From IMG/VR virus record IMGVR_UViG_3300025087_000689: DNA of 64,000 bases; one strand, given 5' to 3'. The notes under the pieces were generated by a model. It saw only the letters and a program-made list of their open reading frames with translations, made no database searches and was not told the DNA's origin. Origin of the DNA: a virus. Its lineage: Duplodnaviria; Caudoviricetes. Position 1 is the stretch's first letter, and the number at the start of each line of letters is the position of its first letter. The translations under genes and the position numbers were made by a program. Positions 1 to 10,203 of this stretch are shown piece by piece.

Positions 1-2
1 CT

Positions 3-458
3 ACTGGTGCAACAACTGTTGATCCTATAGCAGTTGGTACATCTGGTAAACTTGGTGCATCTGCTTGGGTAAATACACTCAATGCTCTTGGTGCAACAAT
101 GAACATTGCTCCTAAGTTCCTTCCTGGTCCTCTGCAGGTCCTTGTAACACCATACGTGGTTTACACTCCTCCTGCTACTGCGGCTGCGACACCTTATAGT
201 GGTCGTACTACAATCACAATGGTTGATTCCAGCCGTTGCGGTGTGTTAGTTACCCGCGATCCTGTGTCGACAGAGGAATTCGACGACCCGGCTCGTGATA
301 TCAGAGCACTGAAGATTAAAGAGAGATATGGTTTTGCTGCTCTCGAACAAGGTAAGTCTGTCGTTCTTGCGAGAAATGTCGCAATTGCGAAGAACTACGT
401 GTTCGAAAACGCGAACAATGTTACTCTTGGCAATCTCAATCCTGCTACTGCGTACTAA
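3..458 (+). CDS. Major capsid protein, C-terminal part (5'-truncated by window edge)
   Basis: The frame of ORF 99..458 stays open back to position 3 (TGATTVDPIAVG...). C-terminal EEFDDPARDIRALKIKERYG resembles HK97-fold capsid C-termini of large myophages. Followed by a strong terminator and then head/neck genes. Confidence 0.7.
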   Translation, partial: TGATTVDPIAVGTSGKLGASAWVNTLNALGATMNIAPKFLPGPLQVLVTPYVVYTPPATAAATPYSGRTTITMVDSSRCGVLVTRDPVSTEEFDDPARDIRALKIKERYGFAALEQGKSVVLARNVAIAKNYVFENANNVTLGNLNPATAY

Positions 459-473
459 GAGTGATTCTAATGT

Positions 474-507
474 GGCAGGGGGAGGATTTTCTCCTCCTGC
501 CTTTTTT
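474..507 (+). terminator. Rho-independent terminator after capsid gene
   Basis: Stem GGCAGGGGGAG (474-484) / CTCCTCCTGCC (491-501) with one G-U pair, loop GATTTT, then T6. Confidence 0.9.
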
Positions 508-532
508 GTTCTTTAAATAACGGAGGTTTTGA

Positions 533-1165
533 ATGGTTGAGAAAATTGAAAAGGAAACTGCGTCTAGAGAAAAACGCCTGGCTAAACCAGGTGACGTAGT
601 TGAATTAATTGTCGGTGAACAATGGGTTGATGATTTAAGTGGGATCTCACTATATAGAGGTTTCTATCGTCTTGCTTCAAATGCAGAATTGCAAAAGGAT
701 AAAATCGCTAAAGAATTTGGTTACATTCGCGAAGATGAAATTCAACCAACTTGTGTTATTCCAGAGGGTCGCGATCTTTCAAGAGTCGAAAAAGGATTAC
801 GTCTTGGAATCCTAAAGATCTACGATCCCAAACATCCTACTGAATATAAAGAACGCATTCCACCACAACATCGTAGAGTTAATGATGCAACTCAAGATAG
901 TGGTTCACGATATTCGTCTCCTGACGATGAAAAGATCGCCACTATTCTTAAGATGAAGTATGGGGATTTTCTAATCGAACTAAAGAGATACAAATCTTAT
1001 CCCATGCTCGAGAAAATATACGAGGCTGAATGCGAAGGTAGAAACCTCACAGCGGGTCCTCGTAAAATGATAGTTGAAGCGATTCGTTCTCGCATGAAAG
1101 ATTCAGATGTTGGTGGAGTATCTAAAATTACATCCAAAGTTAGTGAGATTATAAAGATCGAGTAA
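533..1165 (+). CDS. Hypothetical protein downstream of capsid gene
   Basis: 210-aa ORF with GGAGG SD. C-terminal small helical motif EAECEGRN...RKMIVEAIRSRM. Confidence 0.7.
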   Translation: MVEKIEKETASREKRLAKPGDVVELIVGEQWVDDLSGISLYRGFYRLASNAELQKDKIAKEFGYIREDEIQPTCVIPEGRDLSRVEKGLRLGILKIYDPKHPTEYKERIPPQHRRVNDATQDSGSRYSSPDDEKIATILKMKYGDFLIELKRYKSYPMLEKIYEAECEGRNLTAGPRKMIVEAIRSRMKDSDVGGVSKITSKVSEIIKIE

Positions 1166-1168
1166 ATA

Positions 1169-1765
1169 ATGGCAAAACTATATATAGTTGATCGGTATCC
1201 TGCAGAATACGCGTCTGGTGTATATATTAATGACATGGTGTGGGCACAGTTTTCTGTGCCTATTTCATCTGGAACCGCTACATATTACAACTTCACAGTT
1301 AATGAGAAAAACACATACGATCCAGTAGATGGATCTGTAGAAGTTCGTGGTATTTCTGGTGGACTAAATAATGCTGTTATCGTCTTCATGACGACTAATG
1401 GTTTTAAAAGAAATACAGAATACGCTGTTTTGGCGTCTACAGGATTAAAAGCCAAAGATACTAATGATTATCTAATTGATGATAGCGTGTGGTATTTTAC
1501 CACTGGTACAGGAGTCTATTCTGGATTAATAGGTGGTGTTGACGCTATTGTTCCAAGTGGTATTACAGAAGATAGTACTTCTGGTGTCATTGGTGCTGAT
1601 CCCAGCGGAGCCGCACTTGAAGTAATTGAAACCATTCCAGAAGATTTTGAATCTAACGTTTCACTTTCTCTCCCCTATATTGGTATAAGATTCACTGGAG
1701 TAATTCCAAGTGGGGTTAATTTATACGACCATATTTCTTTAACATCCAAGAAAGTTTTAGGATAA
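1169..1765 (+). CDS. Ig-like (beta-rich) virion protein
   Basis: Beta-rich pattern with 'NTEYAVLASTGLKA...WYFTTG' and 'LEVIETIPEDFESNVSLS...IGIRF', typical of bacterial Ig-like (Big) domains. Confidence 0.55.
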   Translation: MAKLYIVDRYPAEYASGVYINDMVWAQFSVPISSGTATYYNFTVNEKNTYDPVDGSVEVRGISGGLNNAVIVFMTTNGFKRNTEYAVLASTGLKAKDTNDYLIDDSVWYFTTGTGVYSGLIGGVDAIVPSGITEDSTSGVIGADPSGAALEVIETIPEDFESNVSLSLPYIGIRFTGVIPSGVNLYDHISLTSKKVLG

Positions 1766-1766
1766 G

Positions 1767-2804
1767 ATGGCTGTAACACTTACATTTACAAGACCTGTTA
1801 ATTATAACTTATCTTTCTACGAGGTAGGTCAAGCTAGTAGCGAAACGACAGCTTTAACAGTTGTTGCTTCAGGAACTGATATTGGTAGTTTTCCAAGTTG
1901 GATAACACAAGTTAGTTATTCTGGTGCTAATACGTTCTGGTATAGTGTTCGTTTTGGAACTGATGATGGTTCTTATACTGCTTGGTCTTCCAGAATGTAT
2001 GGTAGATATGGTGCTGGTGGTGGATATTTCTTAGTCCAACCATCCGGTTCAGATTGGGTTTATCTTGTACCTCCACAAATTTCTGGTGTTGTGCCCACTT
2101 GGTTAGAATATAATAGTGAATATACAGTTACAATAGATTGTTCTGGACTTTATGCATCCGGCACCAATTATATGCTATCTGATTATGAATTTACTTTTAC
2201 ATCTGAATATTGTCCTCTTTGGTCTACAATGGAATCTGTTAGATTAACAGTGGGACCTCTTATAGATAATATTCCTGATGATACTATTAATCGTATGATT
2301 CATAAAGCGTCTCATCAGGCTATTACAAGATTTCTTATTGGCACCAATGACTTCGGATGTAGTTATACAGATGTACCAGAACCGCTCTATCGATGGGTAA
2401 CATGTGCGGCGGGTACAATGGCTTTAAATGCCGCAATATCATCATCGACTGGATTTGGAAATACAAGTAAAAAACTTGGTCAGTTTGCAGTAACCTATGA
2501 TGCACTAGCCGGGACTAAACCAGCCGAAATTAGAAAGAACTTAAGTGATTGTATGGAAGAAGCTTCGATTTCTATTCAAGCTCTTCAAGGCACTCTTTCT
2601 ATGTATGCTGTAAAATCTCTAGAAAATTCTTACCTACGTCATCCAATGAGAGATCCTCAATGGGGTAGACATCCTCGCAAAGTTGATCAGAGTGTACAGG
2701 GTCCTTGGAGAGGTGCTACTAATGATATTCAAACTTATGAAGCCACGGATGTAATCACATCAGACGAGGTGACCGTACCTTCCGGTGCCATCATATTAAT
2801 TTAA
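1767..2804 (+). CDS. Putative head-tail adaptor (neck) protein with N-terminal beta-rich extension
   Basis: C-terminal half ESVRLTVGPLIDNIPDDTINRMIHKAS...WVTCAA...TSKKLGQFAVTY fits the helical-bundle plus beta-hairpin pattern of head-tail adaptors. Synteny after capsid. Confidence 0.55.
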   Translation: MAVTLTFTRPVNYNLSFYEVGQASSETTALTVVASGTDIGSFPSWITQVSYSGANTFWYSVRFGTDDGSYTAWSSRMYGRYGAGGGYFLVQPSGSDWVYLVPPQISGVVPTWLEYNSEYTVTIDCSGLYASGTNYMLSDYEFTFTSEYCPLWSTMESVRLTVGPLIDNIPDDTINRMIHKASHQAITRFLIGTNDFGCSYTDVPEPLYRWVTCAAGTMALNAAISSSTGFGNTSKKLGQFAVTYDALAGTKPAEIRKNLSDCMEEASISIQALQGTLSMYAVKSLENSYLRHPMRDPQWGRHPRKVDQSVQGPWRGATNDIQTYEATDVITSDEVTVPSGAIILI

Positions 2805-2814
2805 GTGAGGTACC

Positions 2815-5800
2815 ATGGCCGCTGTTACCATAAACGTTGACACTAACATAGACGATATAATTGCAATGCAACATGTTACTGTTGCTAGTGGCGTAGCTAC
2901 ATCTCAATCTTCAGTTGATGGTATAACATGGGTTTCCAGAACTATGCCATCTTCTTCTACCTGGCAGAGTGTTGTGTTTGGAAGTGGTATGGCTGTCGCT
3001 GTTTCTAGTACTAACGGCACTGTTGCCGCTTCTTCTCCAGATGGTATAACATGGACGGCTAGAACTCTTCCTTCGACGAGCGTGTGGTATGATATTGCAT
3101 ATGGTAGTGGTTTATTCGTCGCTGTTTCTACAAATAATAGTAATAAAACAGCCTATTCTTCTGATGGTATAACGTGGACTTCTGGTAATATATCTTCAAC
3201 TGGTAACTGGCGGAGTGTAATTTATGGTAGTGGTCAGTTCATCGCATTATCTTATAATTCGAATATATTTGCTAGATCCGCTGATGGCATAACATGGACT
3301 TCCGGTAGTCTCCCCTCCACTGTTAATTGGAATGATGTTGCCTATGACTGGACTCTTGGAAGATATGTTGCGGTGGCATATGATTCGGATATAACTGCTT
3401 ATTCAGACGATGGTGTTAATTGGACCAGTGGTAATATACACAGTTCATCTAATTGGAATTGGGTTACTAGTAACAATCTTGGAAGATTCGTTGCTGTTTC
3501 AGCCGTAGCTGGAGTGGTCGGTGGTTATTCAAACGATGGTATAACTTGGTCTTCTGGAACGATGCCTGTCACAACAACTTGGCAAGCTGTTACATACGCA
3601 CCTCTTGGACCTAATGGTCCTCTTTGGACAGCTAATGGATTAACAACTTTTGCGGCGTCGTCAACAAATGGTATTAACTGGGTTCAGAGAGCCCAGATTA
3701 CAATGAGTTGTACTGCGTCTTGTTATGCTCCATTCTCTTGGAGATCCAATGACACTCTTACTATTGATAAACGTGCGATTGTAACTGTCAATACAGACCA
3801 AAAGAAATTCTGGTCTGGATCATTGACAGTTACAAACGGTCGATTAAAAGTAATTAATACATCTATTACAGACGCTATACGATTTATCATGGGTCGTACC
3901 ACTGGTATACTTGTACATAGTATTATTCCTACAAATGGACAAGGCATTATTGATATCTCTGGTAGTATGATTACTATTGGACAGAGTAGTGGAGTAGCCA
4001 ATCAAGTATTTACTGCACCATATACAGATTATATTCCTACAGTATGGGTAGAGACAGGTCCTGCTTCTGGTGTATATGAGATGTGGAATAACACACGAGC
4101 AGAGTATGGAAACACTCTGCCAGGTTTTGATAATGGTTTAAATGCTACGTGTAGTGGCAGGCGTGGCATGTTCTTTGAACAAGGAGTAAATACCAATTAC
4201 GATGAATCCTTTGTATTATTAAATAGTACCACGGTAGTTGGTTTACGAATTATTACTGTATCTTCAACGACTGGTATTATGACCGGTGCGTCGATATCAG
4301 GGACAAACATTCAAACCGGAACCGTTGTGGAAGCAATTTTAAGTGCTACGGAACTTGAAGTAAATCTTGCTCCTACTGGGTCAGCAACTACAACTACTGT
4401 TACTTTATTTAATCCTCTTAAATCGCAGTTAACTAATCAAATAACATTTGGTGATGGGACTTATGGAACTATACCTCCATCTGGTTCATATATTAAAATT
4501 CCAAATATCATGGTGACCTCAGAGACGGCCGCTAACGTTGGTAACGCTCAGTACGCAACAACTGGCTTATCGATTAATTTAAGTTTTGGTGGTTCGGCTT
4601 ATCTTCAGAATTGTCTCTTCGATGAATCCTATAATAATTTCACCCAAGGACAAAATCTAACTATTAAAAATGTCGGTATGGTCATAATGCCATTGTTGGT
4701 TGAGATTTATAATTTAATTATTGATGGTTTTGCGATAACGCAAGGTGGAACTTATCGGCGTTTTTATAGTACGTTTTGGTTTACAAGAGACAGTAGATCC
4801 AATATAGGTGGATTAGTTCTTTCTTACTGCAATAATGCCGTGATGAATGATCTTTATTTAAGTTCACAGAGTTTTCATGTAGCTTCACCGGCATTTCCAC
4901 TTAAATTAGATTTTTGCAAGGATGTCACTTTAACGAATTATCGTGCGGTAAATATTACGCCATTATATAACGCAATTAATTCGTGTGCACTATATCTCTA
5001 TAGTAGTAATAATTGCACTATTACAGGTATTGAAGCATACGGAATAGGTGCCGTATTCTTATCATTTTCCAGTAATAATACAATTAGTAATATTACGTGG
5101 GCTGAACACGTTCAGTTTAATAGTGCTGGATATACTATGACAGGAGATAGATTGGGATATGATCCAGTTACAGGAAGTGATTTAATTGAGGGTCAAAAAT
5201 ACTATATTAAATTACGAACTTATCATGATAGGAAAAGAGAAATATACTGGGATAGTAAGACTTACTCATTTACACCTTTTTTAGGTGCACAGTTATTCCC
5301 AGATTATTTTGCTTGTAACTGTACAGTATCACAAACTGTCGTATTAGGATGGACTAATAGATCACCTGTTTATTTATATGAAGTATTCAGAAGTACTGCA
5401 TTAGGATTTGGTACTAGAGATTTAACTACTCTCATGTACGCGAGTACAGTCGCAGCTACCGTGGCTTTTACGAATGGTCCTGTAACTCAGGCTATTCCAA
5501 CGGCAGTTACTGATACATGGACGTGGAATGCAGCTGGAAAAACATTAACAAGATCAGCCGGTACTGGAACATCATTTCTGACACTTGGCTTTATACTTGG
5601 TATGGTGGTGGATGTCACCGAAACAGCTAGTAATAACGGCACTTTTATTCTATCAGCGTGCACTGCTACTGTAATGACGTTTGCAAATGTTGGGCCTTAT
5701 ACCCAAACTATAGTAGCTGAAGCGGCTGCAGTCATAGGTAAAATTAATGGCCGTACACCAGCAAATGACACTACTTATTATTACGTCCTGCGAAAATGGG

Positions 5801-8019
5801 ACGATGCGGCAACTTCTAATGAAAGTGCGGAAACGGAAGTTACACCAACGGCTAATATCAGTTCTCAAAACCTTATAATACAGTCAGATGCATTTAATAC
5901 AACTTGGGTAGCTGCCAGAATTACAGTTACTGCAAATCAAACCTCTCCTTTTACAACTCCTTTAGAAGTACTTCCAAATACGGCAGCGACACAACTGGCT
6001 GATAAGTTAGCTGCAACTGGAGCCAGTGGACATATATCACAGGGATTTACCTCTGTTAGTGGAACTACATACACCTTCTCAGTATTTAACCGTTGCGATA
6101 ATATAGTTGGCACTCCAGTTGTATCAGGGTGGGTTGGACTAAGCGGTTCAGCAACAAATTACACTGTAACTCACTTCGTGGCTTCCGGTTCATGGCAGAG
6201 ATCATCAGTGACGTTTACAGCGGTTGATACCACGACGACAGCTTTTATAGGAGTTGATACAAACACACAATACATATACACATGTTCAGCAATGTTAAAT
6301 AGTGGCGTAGTAGCCGAACCACCAATCAAGACCACAACAGTGGCCGTGACAAACACTAATACAATTTCGCGAGATATATCTGCACTACAATCATGGTGTA
6401 GAAGTTACGGTAATGAAACTAGATTTTCTGGTCTTCAATATATTGTTGCACCTGCTAATAATACCGGTGATTTATTTACAGAAACATACCTAGGTACTTC
6501 TGGAACATTCGTCCCGTCGTTATTAAATAGAATTAGAATAATAGGTGATACTACGGCATGGTCATTTTCGTTAGTAATATCGATCAGTTATCAGTCAAAT
6601 GATAATATAATTAGTAACTTTACACAACTTGGTCGTGGGGCACCTTATGCCTTTTTATATTTTACACTTATGTCTAATAATAATATAGTGAGAAACATAA
6701 CTTTGGATTGTGGGTTTCGAGCACAGGGATCTGTGATCCAGTTTGCAACTGGATCATCTAATAATAGATGTCAGAATTTTGAATTCCGAGGGATTAAAAA
6801 TTATACTACATTCACCCCTTATCTATTTACAAATTTAGCATTTGATTCTTTTCTTGAAAATATTAGATGTGATGTTACGGATTTTTCTGTTCCCTTGTTA
6901 TTACCTAATAATAGTGTTTTTAAAGGTGTCGCTGGTGGAAATGCAACACCTGCCAATGGTGCCATTACCTGGGTTCATGGTTCGACTACGGATGGAATGC
7001 CAATAGCACCCGTCGCTGTATACGACACTAATTTCTTTGAGATGTATCATACCCCTACTTCCGGTGCGTTATATCTATTGTTTAATGATAGTATAAAAGA
7101 TACACCACCCTATACTATATTATCTGGCGTTCCTGTATTTGGTAATAACGGCAAATTATACTTTCAATCACCTGAAGATAGTATAGAATGGGAGTGGCCG
7201 CATAAAATTATTGGTGTTAGTGGTTTTGCAAATAGAGAACCTAAAATCAGCACAGTGGATCTTGGTACTTCAACGGATGTATTTGAAGGTTTATATGGTG
7301 AGTATTGCGTTAAAGCTGGAACATTTGGTGCTACTTATGGCAGTTATAAACAAATGACTGCGGCTAACCTATCATCTGAAACGATATCGGTTTCTGGTTT
7401 CTATATTAAAATTAAGTTAACAGCAAAACAGTTCATGAAATATGGAGCTCAAACTAATCCTTTTGTAATTGGGGAGTGGATAAAAGGAAATGTATCACAA
7501 GCCAGTGGTATGGTTACTAATGATTTTGATTTAGGATCAACTGGAACTGTTTGGGTATCTGGTGTTGTAGGAACATTTAATCCAACTGAAGCAATAGTTA
7601 AACATTCAACTGGAACTACAAGGGCAACGAACGTTGCAACTAATACATTATATGCTTTAGGTCCATCATATCTATCTTGCATTAATGGGTTGCAGATATA
7701 TACTCAGATAGACCAGACGGTTCACTATCCGTTAACTACTGTTAATGCAACCCTTACTATTACAGGTCTTCAAGCTGATACTGAAGTTAGAGTTTATCGA
7801 ACATCAGATGATGTTGAACTTGCCGGTTCAGAGAGTGTAATGACTGGTACATTCACATACGATTATGAATGGAATAGTACAGATGGAGATACTAGCGTTT
7901 ATATTAGAATCATGTCATTAACTTATAAATGGATGACATATACAGATCAATTACTTGGAGAAGATGGACTTGATATATTAGTCCAACAAGTTTATGATCG
8001 TAACTTCGAAAATCCGTAA
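2815..8019 (+). CDS. Large modular fibre/adhesin-like virion protein (propeller repeats plus beta-helix-like regions)
   Basis: 1734 aa, T/S/G/N-rich. Seven S-x-DG(I/V)(T/N)W repeats near the N-terminus. Asn-rich beta-solenoid-like stretches. Confidence 0.7.
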   Translation: MAAVTINVDTNIDDIIAMQHVTVASGVATSQSSVDGITWVSRTMPSSSTWQSVVFGSGMAVAVSSTNGTVAASSPDGITWTARTLPSTSVWYDIAYGSGLFVAVSTNNSNKTAYSSDGITWTSGNISSTGNWRSVIYGSGQFIALSYNSNIFARSADGITWTSGSLPSTVNWNDVAYDWTLGRYVAVAYDSDITAYSDDGVNWTSGNIHSSSNWNWVTSNNLGRFVAVSAVAGVVGGYSNDGITWSSGTMPVTTTWQAVTYAPLGPNGPLWTANGLTTFAASSTNGINWVQRAQITMSCTASCYAPFSWRSNDTLTIDKRAIVTVNTDQKKFWSGSLTVTNGRLKVINTSITDAIRFIMGRTTGILVHSIIPTNGQGIIDISGSMITIGQSSGVANQVFTAPYTDYIPTVWVETGPASGVYEMWNNTRAEYGNTLPGFDNGLNATCSGRRGMFFEQGVNTNYDESFVLLNSTTVVGLRIITVSSTTGIMTGASISGTNIQTGTVVEAILSATELEVNLAPTGSATTTTVTLFNPLKSQLTNQITFGDGTYGTIPPSGSYIKIPNIMVTSETAANVGNAQYATTGLSINLSFGGSAYLQNCLFDESYNNFTQGQNLTIKNVGMVIMPLLVEIYNLIIDGFAITQGGTYRRFYSTFWFTRDSRSNIGGLVLSYCNNAVMNDLYLSSQSFHVASPAFPLKLDFCKDVTLTNYRAVNITPLYNAINSCALYLYSSNNCTITGIEAYGIGAVFLSFSSNNTISNITWAEHVQFNSAGYTMTGDRLGYDPVTGSDLIEGQKYYIKLRTYHDRKREIYWDSKTYSFTPFLGAQLFPDYFACNCTVSQTVVLGWTNRSPVYLYEVFRSTALGFGTRDLTTLMYASTVAATVAFTNGPVTQAIPTAVTDTWTWNAAGKTLTRSAGTGTSFLTLGFILGMVVDVTETASNNGTFILSACTATVMTFANVGPYTQTIVAEAAAVIGKINGRTPANDTTYYYVLRKWDDAATSNESAETEVTPTANISSQNLIIQSDAFNTTWVAARITVTANQTSPFTTPLEVLPNTAATQLADKLAATGASGHISQGFTSVSGTTYTFSVFNRCDNIVGTPVVSGWVGLSGSATNYTVTHFVASGSWQRSSVTFTAVDTTTTAFIGVDTNTQYIYTCSAMLNSGVVAEPPIKTTTVAVTNTNTISRDISALQSWCRSYGNETRFSGLQYIVAPANNTGDLFTETYLGTSGTFVPSLLNRIRIIGDTTAWSFSLVISISYQSNDNIISNFTQLGRGAPYAFLYFTLMSNNNIVRNITLDCGFRAQGSVIQFATGSSNNRCQNFEFRGIKNYTTFTPYLFTNLAFDSFLENIRCDVTDFSVPLLLPNNSVFKGVAGGNATPANGAITWVHGSTTDGMPIAPVAVYDTNFFEMYHTPTSGALYLLFNDSIKDTPPYTILSGVPVFGNNGKLYFQSPEDSIEWEWPHKIIGVSGFANREPKISTVDLGTSTDVFEGLYGEYCVKAGTFGATYGSYKQMTAANLSSETISVSGFYIKIKLTAKQFMKYGAQTNPFVIGEWIKGNVSQASGMVTNDFDLGSTGTVWVSGVVGTFNPTEAIVKHSTGTTRATNVATNTLYALGPSYLSCINGLQIYTQIDQTVHYPLTTVNATLTITGLQADTEVRVYRTSDDVELAGSESVMTGTFTYDYEWNSTDGDTSVYIRIMSLTYKWMTYTDQLLGEDGLDILVQQVYDRNFENP
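2908..3690 (+). repeat. Seven 40-44-codon Asp-box-like repeats (probable 7-bladed beta-propeller)
   Basis: GATGG(T/C)ATAAC-TGG-like cores at 2917, 3040, 3163, 3283, 3409, 3535 and 3667 (spacings 123, 123, 120, 126, 126, 132 nt). Confidence 0.85.
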
Positions 8020-8066
8020 AGGAATAAAATGAAGTATAAGTATTGTCAAAAAAGAGGTGTTATAAC

Positions 8067-8246
8067 ATGTACCGCATCATAACTACGACAGATCATAAAT
8101 ACATTGGAATGATTATCGACGATATTGTAAATGATATTGTATTTCCCGATGGATTTATTATGGAAGTTAAATTTACGAAGACAACAAAAACCAGTGTAAT
8201 TATCAGTAATTATAATTACATTATTACACTTAGGAAGGAAAAATAA
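8067..8246 (+). CDS. Small hypothetical protein (59 aa)
   Basis: Same frame as listed ORF 8043..8246. ATG at 8067 has GAGGTG SD at 8054-8059 and is the more likely start. Confidence 0.55.
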   Translation: MYRIITTTDHKYIGMIIDDIVNDIVFPDGFIMEVKFTKTTKTSVIISNYNYIITLRKEK

Positions 8247-8248
8247 CT

Positions 8249-9574
8249 ATGGCTATTTTAACTGATCCCGATGACCTTGTTGACGCAGCGTCAATAATTA
8301 TCGACACAGCTGCAAAAACCGTACAATTGGTAGTTAATGGACTTTTAACTACTGAAGGTGTTACGATTAAATGTGTTTATTCAAAACTTAAAGAATTATG
8401 GCGTACCAATAACACATACATTAAATTCTTATTTCCGATGGGACCTATTACAGATGAACAGTTTGAAATGATTAATGGTTGGAATTGGTTAGACGCTACA
8501 ACCAGACTTTTATTGCGAACTGGTGGTTGGGCTGTGAAAGATACTTTAGGTGTATCGCAAGAAGAATGGGCGGGAGTTATAACACTGGGTTCTCTCGATG
8601 CAGCAGAACAAGTCTACTATCAACAGGAAGATGATGGCACAACTACAAACTTTAATTTGTTAGGTACTGTCAATCAAGCTGTTCAAGTATATGATGCTGG
8701 AGTATATGATTATCGAGATCATTTGAATCTCTATTGTCGAACATATGCTAGAACTTATGACATGGCAACTCTCAGTGATATTGGGGTAACAACACTATCA
8801 TATCAAGCGTATCGTTTTCCATTAACAACTTCTGTTGATACTAAAATAACACATAACGATGTTACTGTATCTGGAACTGCTCCTTATTCTGGTATGAGTA
8901 TTTGGTGGGGAAATCACACAGTTAATATTGGCGGAACTTTAGTTTCTTTCTCAATCACTATAGAAGGTCAAGGTGGGACAGCGGAAGAAATATACGAATT
9001 TTCACAATATAAATTAAGATGGGATTCAAATATAGATGCTAGTGGTGGAACACATATAGGAAAAATCACAAGTCCATTCCTAAGATTTACTGGAGACACT
9101 CTTTATACATTAGCTGTTGATGCCAGTGGTACATGTATAAGTGGTTATTTAAGTGCTGATACGAATAGATTAGTATTTACTGATGATTCTGGAGTCGAAT
9201 GGACTTTTCCTTATACCGCTGTCTTAGGTGTTACTTTTGGAGAAAATTTAACTAATGATATTTCTGGTACTTATTGGATCTATTTTACATCTGTTCCAAG
9301 TGGTCAGTACGGGACGTCAAGTGGAGTAATAGTTAATGATGCAAGTAACCTTCCCATGAGTGGAATAGTTAATGGTGCAACCTCATTATCCTTAAGTTTC
9401 GCTTACGATTCAAATAACCAAGGTGGAAGAACTCCATCTGGTAATGCTCCTATTACAGCAGTAGCAATCGGATTGAGTGGATCTCAGTTTGTTAAAGCTT
9501 CTGGTGTTATAACAAGAAGTACAGGAAATAGTATATCTCTAATTGCACCTCTTGAAAGAAATTATAGTAATTAA
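8249..9574 (+). CDS. Putative virion structural protein
   Basis: 441-aa ORF (MAILTDPDDL...), beta-rich, SG-rich C-terminus, embedded in the structural operon. Confidence 0.65.
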   Translation: MAILTDPDDLVDAASIIIDTAAKTVQLVVNGLLTTEGVTIKCVYSKLKELWRTNNTYIKFLFPMGPITDEQFEMINGWNWLDATTRLLLRTGGWAVKDTLGVSQEEWAGVITLGSLDAAEQVYYQQEDDGTTTNFNLLGTVNQAVQVYDAGVYDYRDHLNLYCRTYARTYDMATLSDIGVTTLSYQAYRFPLTTSVDTKITHNDVTVSGTAPYSGMSIWWGNHTVNIGGTLVSFSITIEGQGGTAEEIYEFSQYKLRWDSNIDASGGTHIGKITSPFLRFTGDTLYTLAVDASGTCISGYLSADTNRLVFTDDSGVEWTFPYTAVLGVTFGENLTNDISGTYWIYFTSVPSGQYGTSSGVIVNDASNLPMSGIVNGATSLSLSFAYDSNNQGGRTPSGNAPITAVAIGLSGSQFVKASGVITRSTGNSISLIAPLERNYSN

Positions 9575-9582
9575 GGAATCTA

Positions 9583-10203
9583 ATGGTTTGTAAATATTGT
9601 AATATTAGTTTTACACCATATCACAAAATGCAAATTACTTGTGGTTCTAAAGAATGTTTAAATAAATATCATAAAGAATATCGCAAAACACATACAAACC
9701 AAATACGAGAATATAAGAATAAAAATAAGTGTTATCTGAATGAATACAATAAAAAATATTATAAGAAAAATAGAATACATATTAATGAATCTGACAAAGA
9801 ATATAATATTCAACATAGACAACAAATTAAAGAACGCAAGAAAGAATATTATATTAAATATAAAGATAAGATTAATAAATATGGAAAAGAATATCAAAAG
9901 AATAGAAAACAAACCGACCCTATATTTGTTATGCGATTAAGAATAAGAGATAGATTTAGAAAAGTTATTAAAAAGAATAAATATACTGAATTGTATGGTA
10001 TTAGGATTCAAGATATAATTAACCATATTGGACCTTGTCCAGGTAATCTATCTGAGTATCATATAGATCATATTAAACCACTGAGTTCATTTGATTTAAC
10101 TAAAGAGATTGAGATTCAAAAAGCCTTTGCACCTGAAAATCATCAATGGTTAACTAAAGAAGATAACTTACGGAAAGGTGATAGATATGGGTTACGTATT
10201 TGA
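9583..10203 (+). CDS. HNH homing endonuclease
   Basis: N-terminal CxxC...CxxxxC, then K/Y/N-rich helical repeats, then YHIDHIKPLSSFDL...ENHQWLTKEDNLRKG (HNH). Visibly more AT-rich than flanks. Confidence 0.85.
   Translation: MVCKYCNISFTPYHKMQITCGSKECLNKYHKEYRKTHTNQIREYKNKNKCYLNEYNKKYYKKNRIHINESDKEYNIQHRQQIKERKKEYYIKYKDKINKYGKEYQKNRKQTDPIFVMRLRIRDRFRKVIKKNKYTELYGIRIQDIINHIGPCPGNLSEYHIDHIKPLSSFDLTKEIEIQKAFAPENHQWLTKEDNLRKGDRYGLRI

Noticed and set aside
328-516. 62-aa plus-strand ORF overlapping the capsid gene
   Set aside because: Alternative frame that runs through the terminator hairpin. No SD and no recognisable motif.
2908-3690. Regularly spaced DNA repeats resembling a CRISPR array
   Set aside because: Repeats are degenerate at third codon positions, in frame, and spaced 120-132 nt. 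They are protein repeats.
8029-8082. 17-codon ORF MKYKYCQKRGVITCTAS with an AAGGA SD
   Set aside because: Could be another endonuclease scar or leader peptide, but it is too short to support any call.
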